64,000 nucleotides of DNA from a virus (Duplodnaviria > Caudoviricetes). Positions 9,370 through 19,418 of this stretch are shown here, in pieces. Within the stretch, counting starts at the first letter, position 1, and the number at the start of each line of letters is the position of its first letter. Under the pieces are notes generated by a model. It was not told where the DNA came from. It saw only the letters and a program-made list of their open reading frames with translations, and searched no databases. Location of the stretch: positions 32,001-96,000 of IMG/VR virus record IMGVR_UViG_3300032038_000018; one strand, written 5' to 3'. The position numbers and the translations under genes were made by a program.

Positions 9370-10332
9370 ATGAAAACCTGTAATATTAAAATTATTAATC
9401 CTGTATTTTGGAAAGCCGATGGTACTTCTATCGATTCAGTTTCATATGAGACTTCTGAGTTTGTAGCTAAGGATAATATCAATCTTGTATCCGAAACTAT
9501 CAACACTATTGCCGATAGCAAGAAGAATAAGAAGGTATCATTAGCTAAGTTAATCACAAGAAAAGACGACGATAGCGATATCATTTTATATTCTCATTCA
9601 AATAAATACATTGAGAAATATAGAACCATCAATACTACATTCAATACAGTTAAGGCTGATGCATTTAAAGCTGGCGAGAGTGAAGAGTCTGTCGATAGCG
9701 TATATGTGATTGCTGTCATTCCGTATAATGGCGCATTCACATCTATAATAATTGATAAAGTTGACGAAGGATGCTCAGCTGAGATAATTGCAGCTAAGAC
9801 TGTTTCTGCTGATGCACTTAAGATTAATCTGCAAGATAAAGTTTTATATAGTAAAGTATGTTATCTTATAATAAAGGTAGATCCTGTTAAGGGTACTAAA
9901 GACTATAGCGGCTTTGATATAAACTTCACAACATCATCTTTCAGATGGAATGAAGATCATTCTTCTTGCACAAAGGTTGCAAGAGATATTGTTTTTACCG
10001 TTACCAGCGGCATGATTTCTGATACATCTGCTATGTCATATGATAACATAAAGCCAGATGTTAAGAAAACTAGTATGTTTGCGGTAGAACTTACTAAGGA
10101 TGGAAAGATAGCTGAGCCAGCAGTTAAGTTTAATTCTCTCTTTAAGATCAATATAGACAAGACTGTTAAGAATGGATCAGATTTCATTCCTAAGAAGAAT
10201 TTCAAGAAAAACAACGATGTAGTTAAAAGTTATTTTATGACAAATAAAGACAATAATGCAAACCAGCAGAGTCGCAGGAACAAGCGTTTTGAAGATGCTA
10301 AAAGGCGTTATGCTGAAGACGACTATGAGTAA
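9370..10332 (+). CDS. Hypothetical protein
   Basis: GGAGG RBS precedes ATG 9370; the upstream extension crosses a terminator-like hairpin. Confidence 0.65.
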   Translation: MKTCNIKIINPVFWKADGTSIDSVSYETSEFVAKDNINLVSETINTIADSKKNKKVSLAKLITRKDDDSDIILYSHSNKYIEKYRTINTTFNTVKADAFKAGESEESVDSVYVIAVIPYNGAFTSIIIDKVDEGCSAEIIAAKTVSADALKINLQDKVLYSKVCYLIIKVDPVKGTKDYSGFDINFTTSSFRWNEDHSSCTKVARDIVFTVTSGMISDTSAMSYDNIKPDVKKTSMFAVELTKDGKIAEPAVKFNSLFKINIDKTVKNGSDFIPKKNFKKNNDVVKSYFMTNKDNNANQQSRRNKRFEDAKRRYAEDDYE

Positions 10333-10432
10333 TTAACATAAGCCCTATCTGAAATATGATAGGGTAATTTTTATTCTTTTGATTCAATTGTATATGATAA
10401 TTATGTATTCAACGGATTCGGAGGGTTTAAAA

Positions 10433-10648
10433 TTGAATATTTATATGGTAAAGCGCGGCGAAGAGAAAGTACTCGAAACCGTAAGTTATAGTCATGCATT
10501 ATCAGTATGTGAGAGTATTGATAAAACGCATGGCAATGGATCTGCCACATTGTGGCATATGAATACGGATAAAGATAAGACGTATTCAAGACTTAATCGA
10601 TCTTATGGAACCAGTGTTGGTATTCATGATAATTCAATTTGGAGGTAA
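10433..10648 (+). CDS. Small hypothetical protein
   Basis: GGAGGG RBS at ~10420; abuts the recA-like gene. Confidence 0.5.
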   Translation: MNIYMVKRGEEKVLETVSYSHALSVCESIDKTHGNGSATLWHMNTDKDKTYSRLNRSYGTSVGIHDNSIWR

Positions 10649-10653
10649 ACAGA

Positions 10654-11892
10654 ATGAGTACACCATTACTAAATTCACTTAAATCGGGTAAGCACAAGAA
10701 CTTATTTGAGTCTAACAATGAGTTCGCTGTGTATTCCACAGGTTTTGCTGCAATAGATGCAATCAATGCATTTGCAGTACCCTATAATCTTCCCGATGGT
10801 ACAATTGCTACAGATATAGCAAGAGGTATTATCGGTGGTAGATTTATGACACTCGTAGGAATGGCAGGTACAGGCAAATCTACATTAGCAGATCAGATAG
10901 GATGGAATATAGTGAAAAACTATCCTAATGGTCTTCTTATTCATGCAGATATAGAGGGAACTGTAATAAGACCCAGACTTCTTGAGATACTTGGAATATC
11001 TGCTAGTAGTCCTGATAATGAAAGAATCATTGTTAAGAAAGAGAATGTCTATATAGAAGATATGCTCACTCTTATAGATGATATCTGTGTAACAAAAGAG
11101 CTTCTTGGTGATGAAGCTAAGTATGAGACAGATGGCACTTGGTTTGGTAAAAAGAAGATAAAAGTCTATGAGCCGACGGTGGTAATTGTAGACTCTTTAC
11201 CTGCATTTACTACATCTTCAGTGGATACCACATCTATAGATGGTCAGATGACCACAAATAGAGATGTTGCTATGGTATCTCAGTTCTATACTAAGCTTAT
11301 TTCTAAGATAAGCAAGTACAATATTACTGTGATTGCAACAAATCACATAAAACCTAAAATCGTAATTGATCCATATAATCAGCCGCCATCTCAGCTTATG
11401 TTACTTAGTAAGACTGAGTCATTACCTAGAGGCCAAGCTCCTATATTCTATGCAACGAATATAATCAGACTGTATGCTTCCGGTAAGAGTGCGCTTCTTA
11501 AGAAAGAAGAATATGGATTTGACGGATTTGAAGTTACAGCAGTTGCAGCTAAGTCTAAGACTGCTTTCGTTGGTGCAAGTTGTAAGTTGATATTCAGAGA
11601 AGATAAAGGTTTCGATGAAGCTTATACATTACTTGCTACCGCATATGATAACGATATTGTATGTGGCAGAAATCCTTATCTGTATATGAAAGGTGCAGAG
11701 AATTATAAATTCTCTAAATCGACATTTGGTGAAAAATACAATACAGATGAAGAATTCAGGAAAGCTATATACGATGCAATGGAACCATTTATTCTCGCTA
11801 AGGTATATGAGAGAATAAATAACTTAGAGAAGCTCAAAGATAAGAAAGATGTTAAAATCGATCAAGACGGAAATATAGTAGGTGACGCGTAA
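10654..11892 (+). CDS. RecA/UvsX-like recombinase
   Basis: STGF..ID, Walker A GMAGTGKST, DIEG, Walker B VIVDSL, ATNH, PRGQAPIFYA. Confidence 0.85.
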   Translation: MSTPLLNSLKSGKHKNLFESNNEFAVYSTGFAAIDAINAFAVPYNLPDGTIATDIARGIIGGRFMTLVGMAGTGKSTLADQIGWNIVKNYPNGLLIHADIEGTVIRPRLLEILGISASSPDNERIIVKKENVYIEDMLTLIDDICVTKELLGDEAKYETDGTWFGKKKIKVYEPTVVIVDSLPAFTTSSVDTTSIDGQMTTNRDVAMVSQFYTKLISKISKYNITVIATNHIKPKIVIDPYNQPPSQLMLLSKTESLPRGQAPIFYATNIIRLYASGKSALLKKEEYGFDGFEVTAVAAKSKTAFVGASCKLIFREDKGFDEAYTLLATAYDNDIVCGRNPYLYMKGAENYKFSKSTFGEKYNTDEEFRKAIYDAMEPFILAKVYERINNLEKLKDKKDVKIDQDGNIVGDA

Positions 11893-12086
11893 TGACTGTA
11901 GATATTAATGAATTCGAAGCTAAGAAAGCTCCTGAGATAAAGACTTGTGAGACATGCAAATGTCTCACCTGTCAATCTGGAAAGTTATGCATTTCCAATG
12001 TATCATGCCCGCATGGAGTTAATTGTTCTATGTGTAATGGTAAGAAACCATTGAGTGAATGCACTTATTATAAATCAAGCTTTTAA
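11892..12086 (+). CDS. Small Cys-rich (metal-binding) protein
   Basis: 9 Cys in 64 aa; start overlaps the recA-like stop. Confidence 0.55.
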   Translation: MTVDINEFEAKKAPEIKTCETCKCLTCQSGKLCISNVSCPHGVNCSMCNGKKPLSECTYYKSSF

Positions 12087-12109
12087 TATGTAAGATATGG
12101 AGGTACACA

Positions 12110-14581
12110 ATGCAAAGGGCCGATTTGATAAAGAAGCTAGATACCGAAATAGCTGATATTGGGTATTGTCATTCAATAACTTCAATATCACCCGGAACTG
12201 AATGTAATGCGTCAAGAGCACAGATGCTTGCCAATAACTTGAAGCAGACACAGGTTATGGAAAATCCTGATTTCCCTAGAGTATTCTCTGGTATGGAGAA
12301 CTCTTTTGGTAAATTCTGTAGAGGATATAAACGTATAGAAGGCGATTGGCGAGTTATAAAGAGAATACAGAAATACACTAATGGTAAAATATTCTCAGTC
12401 GTACTCTTCAATGACAAGACAAATACACTAGACATAATAGAGAATCCATTTGCTGAAGATGGACCTGAAAGATTCGGATACAAATATAACTATGACGAAC
12501 TTGATAAACTTCATGATGGAGATGTAGTTAAGGATGGCACTGTAGTTTATAAATCTAATTCATATGATGACCATATGAATTATTGCATGGGCTTCTCTGC
12601 TAGAGTTGCTTACAATACATCTGTATCTACTCTTGAAGATGGTATTATCATTAGAAAGAGTTTCGCTGATAGTAAGTTTACTAATGAAGTAAGTAGCTTT
12701 GTTGTATCTATAAACGACAATGAGATTCCCTTGTTAATTCATGAATATGATGGTGGATTTCATTCAATACCTAAGATAGGTGATCCCGTAAAGGGAACAG
12801 ATCTCGTAGCTATCAAGAAGATCAATAAGAGAAAGATAGCATTTGACTTTACCAACGATGCAGTTACTAAGCCTGATAAAAACTGTGCTATGTATACTGT
12901 AGGTAAGAATAGTGTAATCTATGATATAGATATATACTATAACGATAGCAATGAATTCCCTGATAATTCATTCTATAAAGAGCTCGCTGTATATTACAAA
13001 GAGCAATACAATTACTATTCTCAGATATTTGATATCTGTGAAGAGTTTAAACATAAAGGATGCAATAGAACTTCCAATGCAGATCTTATGCACAAGAAAG
13101 CTAAGGATTTTGTCAATGTGCATGATAGCGATTTCAAATGGAAGAATAAAGAAAGAGCATTCTCATACATCAACATAGTATTTCATTGCATAAAGACATT
13201 ATCACTTCATGAAGGATATAAGATCGTTGGTAGATATGGAGACAAAGGTGTTATATCTGAGAGACGTGATGATGCATCTGAGATACTGACTAAGAGATTT
13301 GATCCTACTAATCCGAGAGATAAAGCTATAGCTAAATATCTTGGTATAGAAGGATCTCCTGAAATGAATATTAGCATTGTACCCGATGCATGTATGTATT
13401 ATGACGAAGATGGCAGATATGTAGATATATGCCAGAATGCAGCAGCTGCATACAGACGCGAGGATACAGGACAGCTTACAGAAGTAGAAATCAATTTCAT
13501 ATCTGAAGAGATAGTCAAAGAGGCTAAGAAGAGATATGAAAAAGATGGATTAGATGCTGCATTTGAACTTCTTATGAGCTATGCTGAGCAATTCCCTGAT
13601 AGTGAAATGAGAGCAATAGCTAAAGAATTCGATTTGGTATATGTCGTATCTAAGAAACTCTGGAAGACTAGTAAGAAAAATAAGCAGAGATTTGTAGAAG
13701 ATATCTTTAGAGATGGATTCTATCTGCAGAAACTTCCTACTGCAGATTGGAGATTCGATAGGATATGCAAACTGTACGATATGTATCCTTTCATTAAGAG
13801 AAAGACAATGTATATCAATAACTTTGGTATAAAGCATAAAGTAGTTAATCCTATGATAGTAGGAGAGAAATACTTCTTTATACTTAAGCAGAACTCTAAT
13901 AAGAATTTCTCTGCTAGAAGTGTATCTAAAGTAAATAAGTTAGGTTTACCATCTAAGAGTGCTGATAAGAAAGAGTCAAGAACTAATATATCAGATACTC
14001 CTATCAACAGAGGTGAGACTTATAACTTACTTGCTGCAGTAGATGCTGCAACACTTATGACAAGCGATATATTCACTAAGAATTCTCCTGTAGCTAGGAA
14101 GGATTTCAAGAATATTATTACATCACCATTGGATCCATTCAAGTATAGACAGATGAAGATTAAGCAGTCTTATACCAATGTGAATGTACTTAATCTTAAA
14201 GCTAGACTTAAGACTATGGGTATCGGGTTTGATATCATAACTAATAAGTCTCTGGGTCTTGCTATAATAGATCAGTATAAGACGTTTATGAAGTTTAATG
14301 AGATAACTTTCTTTGATTATGGTTATAATAGAAAGTATTATGCTTTCATTATCAATAACTATAATAAGCTCAAAGATCCTAAGAAATCGTTTGATGATAC
14401 TTGGGAAGAGCTTATATCAATGGAAGAATTTAAACTTCTGGAAATTGATGACGAAATAGTAAAGACTGCACATGACATTATGGAAAAGTATTATTACGTG
14501 GAGCCATCTGCTGCAGATGCACTTATTGAAGATGATATCCACGAGATAATAACAGTCGACAATATTCCCGATAAAGACTAA
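12110..14581 (+). CDS. RNA polymerase beta subunit, C-terminal part (probably non-virion RNAP)
   Basis: ASRAQMLANNLKQ, LEDGIII, GYKIVGRYGDKGVIS, VGEKYFFILKQ..FSARS. Confidence 0.9.
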   Translation: MQRADLIKKLDTEIADIGYCHSITSISPGTECNASRAQMLANNLKQTQVMENPDFPRVFSGMENSFGKFCRGYKRIEGDWRVIKRIQKYTNGKIFSVVLFNDKTNTLDIIENPFAEDGPERFGYKYNYDELDKLHDGDVVKDGTVVYKSNSYDDHMNYCMGFSARVAYNTSVSTLEDGIIIRKSFADSKFTNEVSSFVVSINDNEIPLLIHEYDGGFHSIPKIGDPVKGTDLVAIKKINKRKIAFDFTNDAVTKPDKNCAMYTVGKNSVIYDIDIYYNDSNEFPDNSFYKELAVYYKEQYNYYSQIFDICEEFKHKGCNRTSNADLMHKKAKDFVNVHDSDFKWKNKERAFSYINIVFHCIKTLSLHEGYKIVGRYGDKGVISERRDDASEILTKRFDPTNPRDKAIAKYLGIEGSPEMNISIVPDACMYYDEDGRYVDICQNAAAAYRREDTGQLTEVEINFISEEIVKEAKKRYEKDGLDAAFELLMSYAEQFPDSEMRAIAKEFDLVYVVSKKLWKTSKKNKQRFVEDIFRDGFYLQKLPTADWRFDRICKLYDMYPFIKRKTMYINNFGIKHKVVNPMIVGEKYFFILKQNSNKNFSARSVSKVNKLGLPSKSADKKESRTNISDTPINRGETYNLLAAVDAATLMTSDIFTKNSPVARKDFKNIITSPLDPFKYRQMKIKQSYTNVNVLNLKARLKTMGIGFDIITNKSLGLAIIDQYKTFMKFNEITFFDYGYNRKYYAFIINNYNKLKDPKKSFDDTWEELISMEEFKLLEIDDEIVKTAHDIMEKYYYVEPSAADALIEDDIHEIITVDNIPDKD

Positions 14582-14644
14582 TCAATATTAACGACTAATA
14601 GATTATTTCTATTAGTCGTTAATAAACTAAAGGAGGAAAATGAT

Positions 14645-15307
14645 ATGAAAAAGTTTCTCGCTATCTGTGAATATGGTAGCTTTATGAAGATATTGTTTAC
14701 TAATGACAGTAATTCTAAAGACCTTATTTCTGAGGTACAGAATGCTATCACAGAATGCCCTTATGAGACATTTGAAACACCCATGGGTATTTGTAAGATA
14801 TATAAAGAGAATAATACTTGGGTAGCAGTTACAGATGACATGTGCGTAGAGATACTTGAGAACGAAACAGATGTTGAAGTACATCTTGACTTTGAAGATG
14901 AAATTAATGACCTTAGTGACTTTAAGGATATAATATATCTTAAGATATGCTACATACTCGGATATATTATCTATAGAGATCCGAAGATATATACGGACTT
15001 ACTTATACCTTATATGTCTAAGGTAATTGGTGGAGTTGAAGGAAGTTCTATTAATTTTAATGAATATAAGATATTCACTGATCTTGAAGAGAAGGTCAAC
15101 AATATAACTGATCACATTTCTATGCAGGATATCATATTCCACAATAACATGAGGAATTATGTTGGCTCTGATGAAATAATTGCAGTTACAGTTATAGATA
15201 TGACATTTGCTACCAATATATTTAAAATAAAGGATATATTCTGTATAGGAGAAGAGCTTTACGAATACAAAAAGGAGATGGACAAAGGACTCGTTACAGA
15301 GCAATAA
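14645..15307 (+). CDS. Hypothetical protein
   Basis: AGGAGG RBS; 220-aa ORF. Confidence 0.7.
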   Translation: MKKFLAICEYGSFMKILFTNDSNSKDLISEVQNAITECPYETFETPMGICKIYKENNTWVAVTDDMCVEILENETDVEVHLDFEDEINDLSDFKDIIYLKICYILGYIIYRDPKIYTDLLIPYMSKVIGGVEGSSINFNEYKIFTDLEEKVNNITDHISMQDIIFHNNMRNYVGSDEIIAVTVIDMTFATNIFKIKDIFCIGEELYEYKKEMDKGLVTEQ

Positions 15308-15311
15308 GAAT

Positions 15312-15346
15312 TATAGCATATGCTACCCGCATATGCTATATTTTTT
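15312..15346 (+). terminator. Intrinsic terminator
   Basis: TATAGCATATGC-TACCC-GCATATGCTATA plus T-tract. Confidence 0.8.
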
Positions 15347-15367
15347 GTTTATATATTATATTATTGA

Positions 15368-15955
15368 TGAGGATAGGTAATAGCCCGGGATGATGCCCCC
15401 GGACCTATCCACTTACAGATGCGTGGTCAACTGTAAGCGGTATGGGCGCTTGGGTTTGGGAACCCCTGGGTCGGCGCCAATGCCATCGTTTCCAGAGGAA
15501 ACTCAATATCTGGTTCAGCCTTGTGCGTCAATAAAAGGCGCATGACGAGCAAATTGGATTAGAGTATCTCTCTTGCTACCACTTTGGAGACGATGAAACA
15601 AAACATGATTAACAGCGAGGCTTATGCACACTTCACATACATTATTCGGAAACGGATACATTATGTTGGTGGCCTCACCGCTTACAGGGTGAACTGATAT
15701 AGAAGATCATTAAGAAACTCATTACTATATAGAGATGGTTGCATCGTCTCTATAGAACTAACGATTCTTTAGCATAGCTAATCCACTAGCGTGCTTTAGA
15801 TATACAATGATCCGATATAACTACGTATCAATATCTTAAATGGATTTATATGCAAAGGTGCATCACGCCAGATGCAATCGGAGGATATAATGAAGTATAA
15901 GAAATTGATATGTACACAATAGTCATCTGTATAAGTACATGCTTGCATGTACTTC
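15368..15955 (+). ncRNA. Candidate large structured ncRNA, unassigned
   Basis: No ORF of 60 aa or more, GC-richer than flanks, promoter motif at 15350, many local and long-range helices, terminator at 15933-15963. Confidence 0.7.
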
Positions 15956-16012
15956 TTTTTTTTGTTTATTTTTTGTATTTACTGGATACATATTTATAAA
16001 GGAGTGATAACT

Positions 16013-16930
16013 ATGAAGCCTAAAGACTTAACGGAATCATTCTATGATAAAATGATAAATATATTATATTCATATATTAAAGATTGCATAGATTGGAAAA
16101 AGATAAATGACATTGCACCTAGAAAAATACATTGGTATACAGGTAAAAAGAGATGCCAATTACTATTAGCAATCACTGATACAAAATCACCATATACTGC
16201 AAAATACTTTGGTGATGATGTATCTGCCGCTCAAGCTATGAGCCATTCTATATATTGCACTCAATCGTATATAGATAATTTCAGACCAACCAGATCTCTA
16301 ATGTACATGAAAGCATTTAGAAAAAGTTATATGGTAGATATATTTGATATGTGCACATGTAACTATGATAATATACTAAAACATGCTGATTATTCACATG
16401 ATAAAGCGTTGGCTGTGGTTAAATCATCCGGTGCAGATATGTTAATACAAACGGCCAATCAACTTAAGGCTGAATGTAGAACTAATCAGCTCAATCCTAC
16501 TGCTGAAAATTTTGAAACTGTCATAGAGCAAAATGAATTAATAATTGATATGTGCAATGAGCTAAGTCAAGTTACTAATCTATTTAGCTTAAATTGCAAA
16601 AGAGTTACAAGCAATGTACTTTTTACAATGTTTGATATTCAATCTCTATATAATATAGCATTCGATCCTGCATTTTCTGCTCTACAAAGATCTGATATAG
16701 ATGGATTCGAAATAGCTAGAAGACAAAAGATAGCCGGAGAAATTATATCTGCTATTGTAGATGCTATACATTCTAATGTAACAAGCTCTTACAAAGTAGA
16801 GATGGAATATGACAAAGAATATCAATGTGCAATGAAAGTACATAGACTAGCTATTCCTATAGAAGAAGACGAAAGTACATTATATGAAGTAAGAATATCG
16901 CATGCTGATCCATTAATAATATCGACTTAA
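16013..16930 (+). CDS. Hypothetical protein
   Basis: AAGGAGTG RBS before MKPK. Confidence 0.7.
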   Translation: MKPKDLTESFYDKMINILYSYIKDCIDWKKINDIAPRKIHWYTGKKRCQLLLAITDTKSPYTAKYFGDDVSAAQAMSHSIYCTQSYIDNFRPTRSLMYMKAFRKSYMVDIFDMCTCNYDNILKHADYSHDKALAVVKSSGADMLIQTANQLKAECRTNQLNPTAENFETVIEQNELIIDMCNELSQVTNLFSLNCKRVTSNVLFTMFDIQSLYNIAFDPAFSALQRSDIDGFEIARRQKIAGEIISAIVDAIHSNVTSSYKVEMEYDKEYQCAMKVHRLAIPIEEDESTLYEVRISHADPLIIST

Positions 16931-17012
16931 ATAGAGGCGTCAATTAAGACGCCTCTATTTAATTTATATATTATAATATTGATAATGACTGACAATTTAA
17001 GGAGGATTGCTT

Positions 17013-17156
17013 ATGCTATTAGTAATAATATGTATTATATTAGGATTTTCATTGTTTGTTGAAAAAGGAAAAAGAATCGCCGCTGAGATGGCAAATTCAT
17101 TTTTCAAATTTATAATTGTAATTCTTATTATAGTCATTATCATTATAATAAAGTAG
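17013..17156 (+). CDS. 47-aa two-TM membrane microprotein
   Basis: TATATATTATA at 16965, AAGGAGG RBS, MLLVIICIILGFSLFVEKGKRIAAEMANSFFKFIIVILIIVIIIIIK; below the ORF-track cutoff. Confidence 0.65.
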   Translation: MLLVIICIILGFSLFVEKGKRIAAEMANSFFKFIIVILIIVIIIIIK

Positions 17157-17179
17157 GCCTCGGCCTACTTTATTTTTTT
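17150..17179. terminator. Terminator between convergent genes
   Basis: AAAGTAGGC-CTCG-GCCTACTTT plus T-tract. Confidence 0.8.
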
Positions 17180-17180
17180 G

Positions 17181-19418
17181 TTATAGGTAATTAGAAAATC
17201 TGTTATTCTCTCCAGCTTCTAACTCAACGCCATATTTTTTTGCATATTTCTTGATATTCTTAGCTAATTCAGCTTCATGTTCTTTATCAACATAATTAAA
17301 GAATTTGATAGCTAATTTAACATGCTTAGCATCTGGCATTGGATATTTCTTTAAAGAAGGAATACCAAAGTCGGTCCTATCTTCTGCAGGTAATGATCCT
17401 TCTTTAGCTACTTCTTTATCAAATTCTTGTAGTCTCTTATCATTACCTATAGTATACTTAAGTCTTCTAAATGATGGATCTTGATCGGCATTCTTTTTAT
17501 CTCTTATTGTACCTTGTATATAAGATTTAGCTACAGATGTGCCTTTAATGATAAGAGGTTGACCAGATACATATTTCTTATATGCAAATCCAATCTCTTT
17601 ATCTTTATCAGCTAACTGTATGCCTTCTATTATATACAGATTCTTACTGTCTTCATGGCATATTCTGATGATTTCATCTATTACTGCATCATACAGTTTA
17701 ACATTGAAATGCCCAGAAGGATTAAATTGCTCTCTATCTTTTGCTTCTGGATATTTCTTATATACTTTAGCTAATATTCCTTTACCAGAAGAATCATAGC
17801 CATGTTCTATACCATCTATTTCAAACATATGTGCATTATACTTCTTCTCATATTCTTCAGCTAAAGTAGTTTTACCAGAACCAGACAAACCAGTTACAAA
17901 TAATATGTTATTTGGACCTGGTTCCCATTTCTCAATGTTTCTAATAGTATCTTTCTTAGATACTATCAAATTTTCAGTAGCAGGTTCTGCTTCTTCTGTA
18001 GCCGCTTTTTCGAATCCATCCAAGTGCTTTTGCATACGCATATTACATTTAATACTGCGTTTATATTCTTTAATACTATTATCAGCATCGCCATTGTTAA
18101 TATTTCTTTTAGCCGCACGTATGCTGGAAGTTAACATTGACGTGCCTTTAACTATTAAAGGTTGTCCTTTTATCAAATCAACGTACTTATATGTTGCACC
18201 ATTTTGATCAACATCCGCTCCAGCCATTTGAATGCCTTCTATTACATACAGATTATTTTTGTCTTCATGACATATTTTGACAACATATGCCATTATATCG
18301 TTATACATATCCATCGGAAAACTTGTTTTCTTAGCTTTGTAATCTGCAAATTTCTGTTTCCATGTAGGAAACTTTTTATAAATTTTTTCGAGTATACCCA
18401 TACCTGAAGAGTCATAGCCATACTCGATATTATCCAATTCAAACTTATATGCATTGTATTTTTTCGCATACTCTTCCGCAAGAGTGGTTTTACCGGATCC
18501 AGAAAATCCTGTAACAAACAAAATGTTATTAGGACCGGGTTTCCATTTTTCAAGATTGTATACGCCATCTTTCTTAGGAATAATTACATTTTCAGTAGCA
18601 GGTTCTACTTCTTCTAATGCAGCATCTATTCTAGGACTTCTACTCTGGATATATGCATTCATATTCTCCATAGCTGCATCATCTATTTCAAACTTCTTAT
18701 CGGTAAGATACTTAAAGAATTCAGTATAATCTTTATCAAGAATCTTGAAATAGTTTACACTAGGATTCTTACTCATTACTTCATCTTTAAGTTTCTCTTT
18801 TACTTTATCTACAGCTTGTATCTTATGATGCATATTCTCATCTGTCTTGATTTCTATTTCCAGATTATAGTTAGGAATATAGAAGTCTGGTATATATACA
18901 TGAGCTTTACCTTCATACATGTAGATATAATTATGAGGAGATGGTCCCATTATATCTTTAGCACTAAAGCCCATGATATGATCCATTGTATACAGGAAGT
19001 CTTTCTCATAAGAACCAACATAGTCAACATAACCGGATTTATTACTAAATTTGTAAGAGCCTGAGATGGATTTATTCTTAAGCATCTTTCTCTGCATATT
19101 GGGATCATTTAACAGATGTGCTTTACCATATTTATCAATCATTCTCTGTTTAGCTATCTTAGTATATTCTTGCTTACATTTGGGATTATTGCAAAATCTA
19201 TTATATTTACCATTAGCTTCATTCCATGTAGTATCTTTACCACATTGAATACATTTGCCATGAGTCTTACCAGTTATGCAATAATATAAGAACTGCATAT
19301 CTGTATATCCTTTAGGCTTTAATCCGGGATGGTGTACCTTAATATGTTTTGACCATCCTGGCATCGAAGAAAATTTCATGCCACATTCAGGGCATTTAAA
19401 TGTAGTTATCTTTCTCAT
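17181..19418 (-). CDS. Multidomain protein: Zn fingers, TnsA/T4 gp4-like PD-(D/E)xK nuclease, two tandem P-loop kinase-like domains, short C-terminal domain
   Basis: CPECG..H..HH; CIQC..C...C; YIPDFYIP..LEIEIK; GFSGSGKTT and GLSGSGKTT each with a downstream IEG; DFGIPSLKKYPMPDAKHV. Confidence 0.75.
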   Translation of the reverse strand: MRKITTFKCPECGMKFSSMPGWSKHIKVHHPGLKPKGYTDMQFLYYCITGKTHGKCIQCGKDTTWNEANGKYNRFCNNPKCKQEYTKIAKQRMIDKYGKAHLLNDPNMQRKMLKNKSISGSYKFSNKSGYVDYVGSYEKDFLYTMDHIMGFSAKDIMGPSPHNYIYMYEGKAHVYIPDFYIPNYNLEIEIKTDENMHHKIQAVDKVKEKLKDEVMSKNPSVNYFKILDKDYTEFFKYLTDKKFEIDDAAMENMNAYIQSRSPRIDAALEEVEPATENVIIPKKDGVYNLEKWKPGPNNILFVTGFSGSGKTTLAEEYAKKYNAYKFELDNIEYGYDSSGMGILEKIYKKFPTWKQKFADYKAKKTSFPMDMYNDIMAYVVKICHEDKNNLYVIEGIQMAGADVDQNGATYKYVDLIKGQPLIVKGTSMLTSSIRAAKRNINNGDADNSIKEYKRSIKCNMRMQKHLDGFEKAATEEAEPATENLIVSKKDTIRNIEKWEPGPNNILFVTGLSGSGKTTLAEEYEKKYNAHMFEIDGIEHGYDSSGKGILAKVYKKYPEAKDREQFNPSGHFNVKLYDAVIDEIIRICHEDSKNLYIIEGIQLADKDKEIGFAYKKYVSGQPLIIKGTSVAKSYIQGTIRDKKNADQDPSFRRLKYTIGNDKRLQEFDKEVAKEGSLPAEDRTDFGIPSLKKYPMPDAKHVKLAIKFFNYVDKEHEAELAKNIKKYAKKYGVELEAGENNRFSNYL

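Noticed and set aside
15368-15955. RNase P, tmRNA or group II intron identity for the structured region
   Set aside because: GAGGAAAC and GGCTTA only loosely echo RNase P P4; no tRNA-like ends or T-loop/CCA; no group II domain V seen
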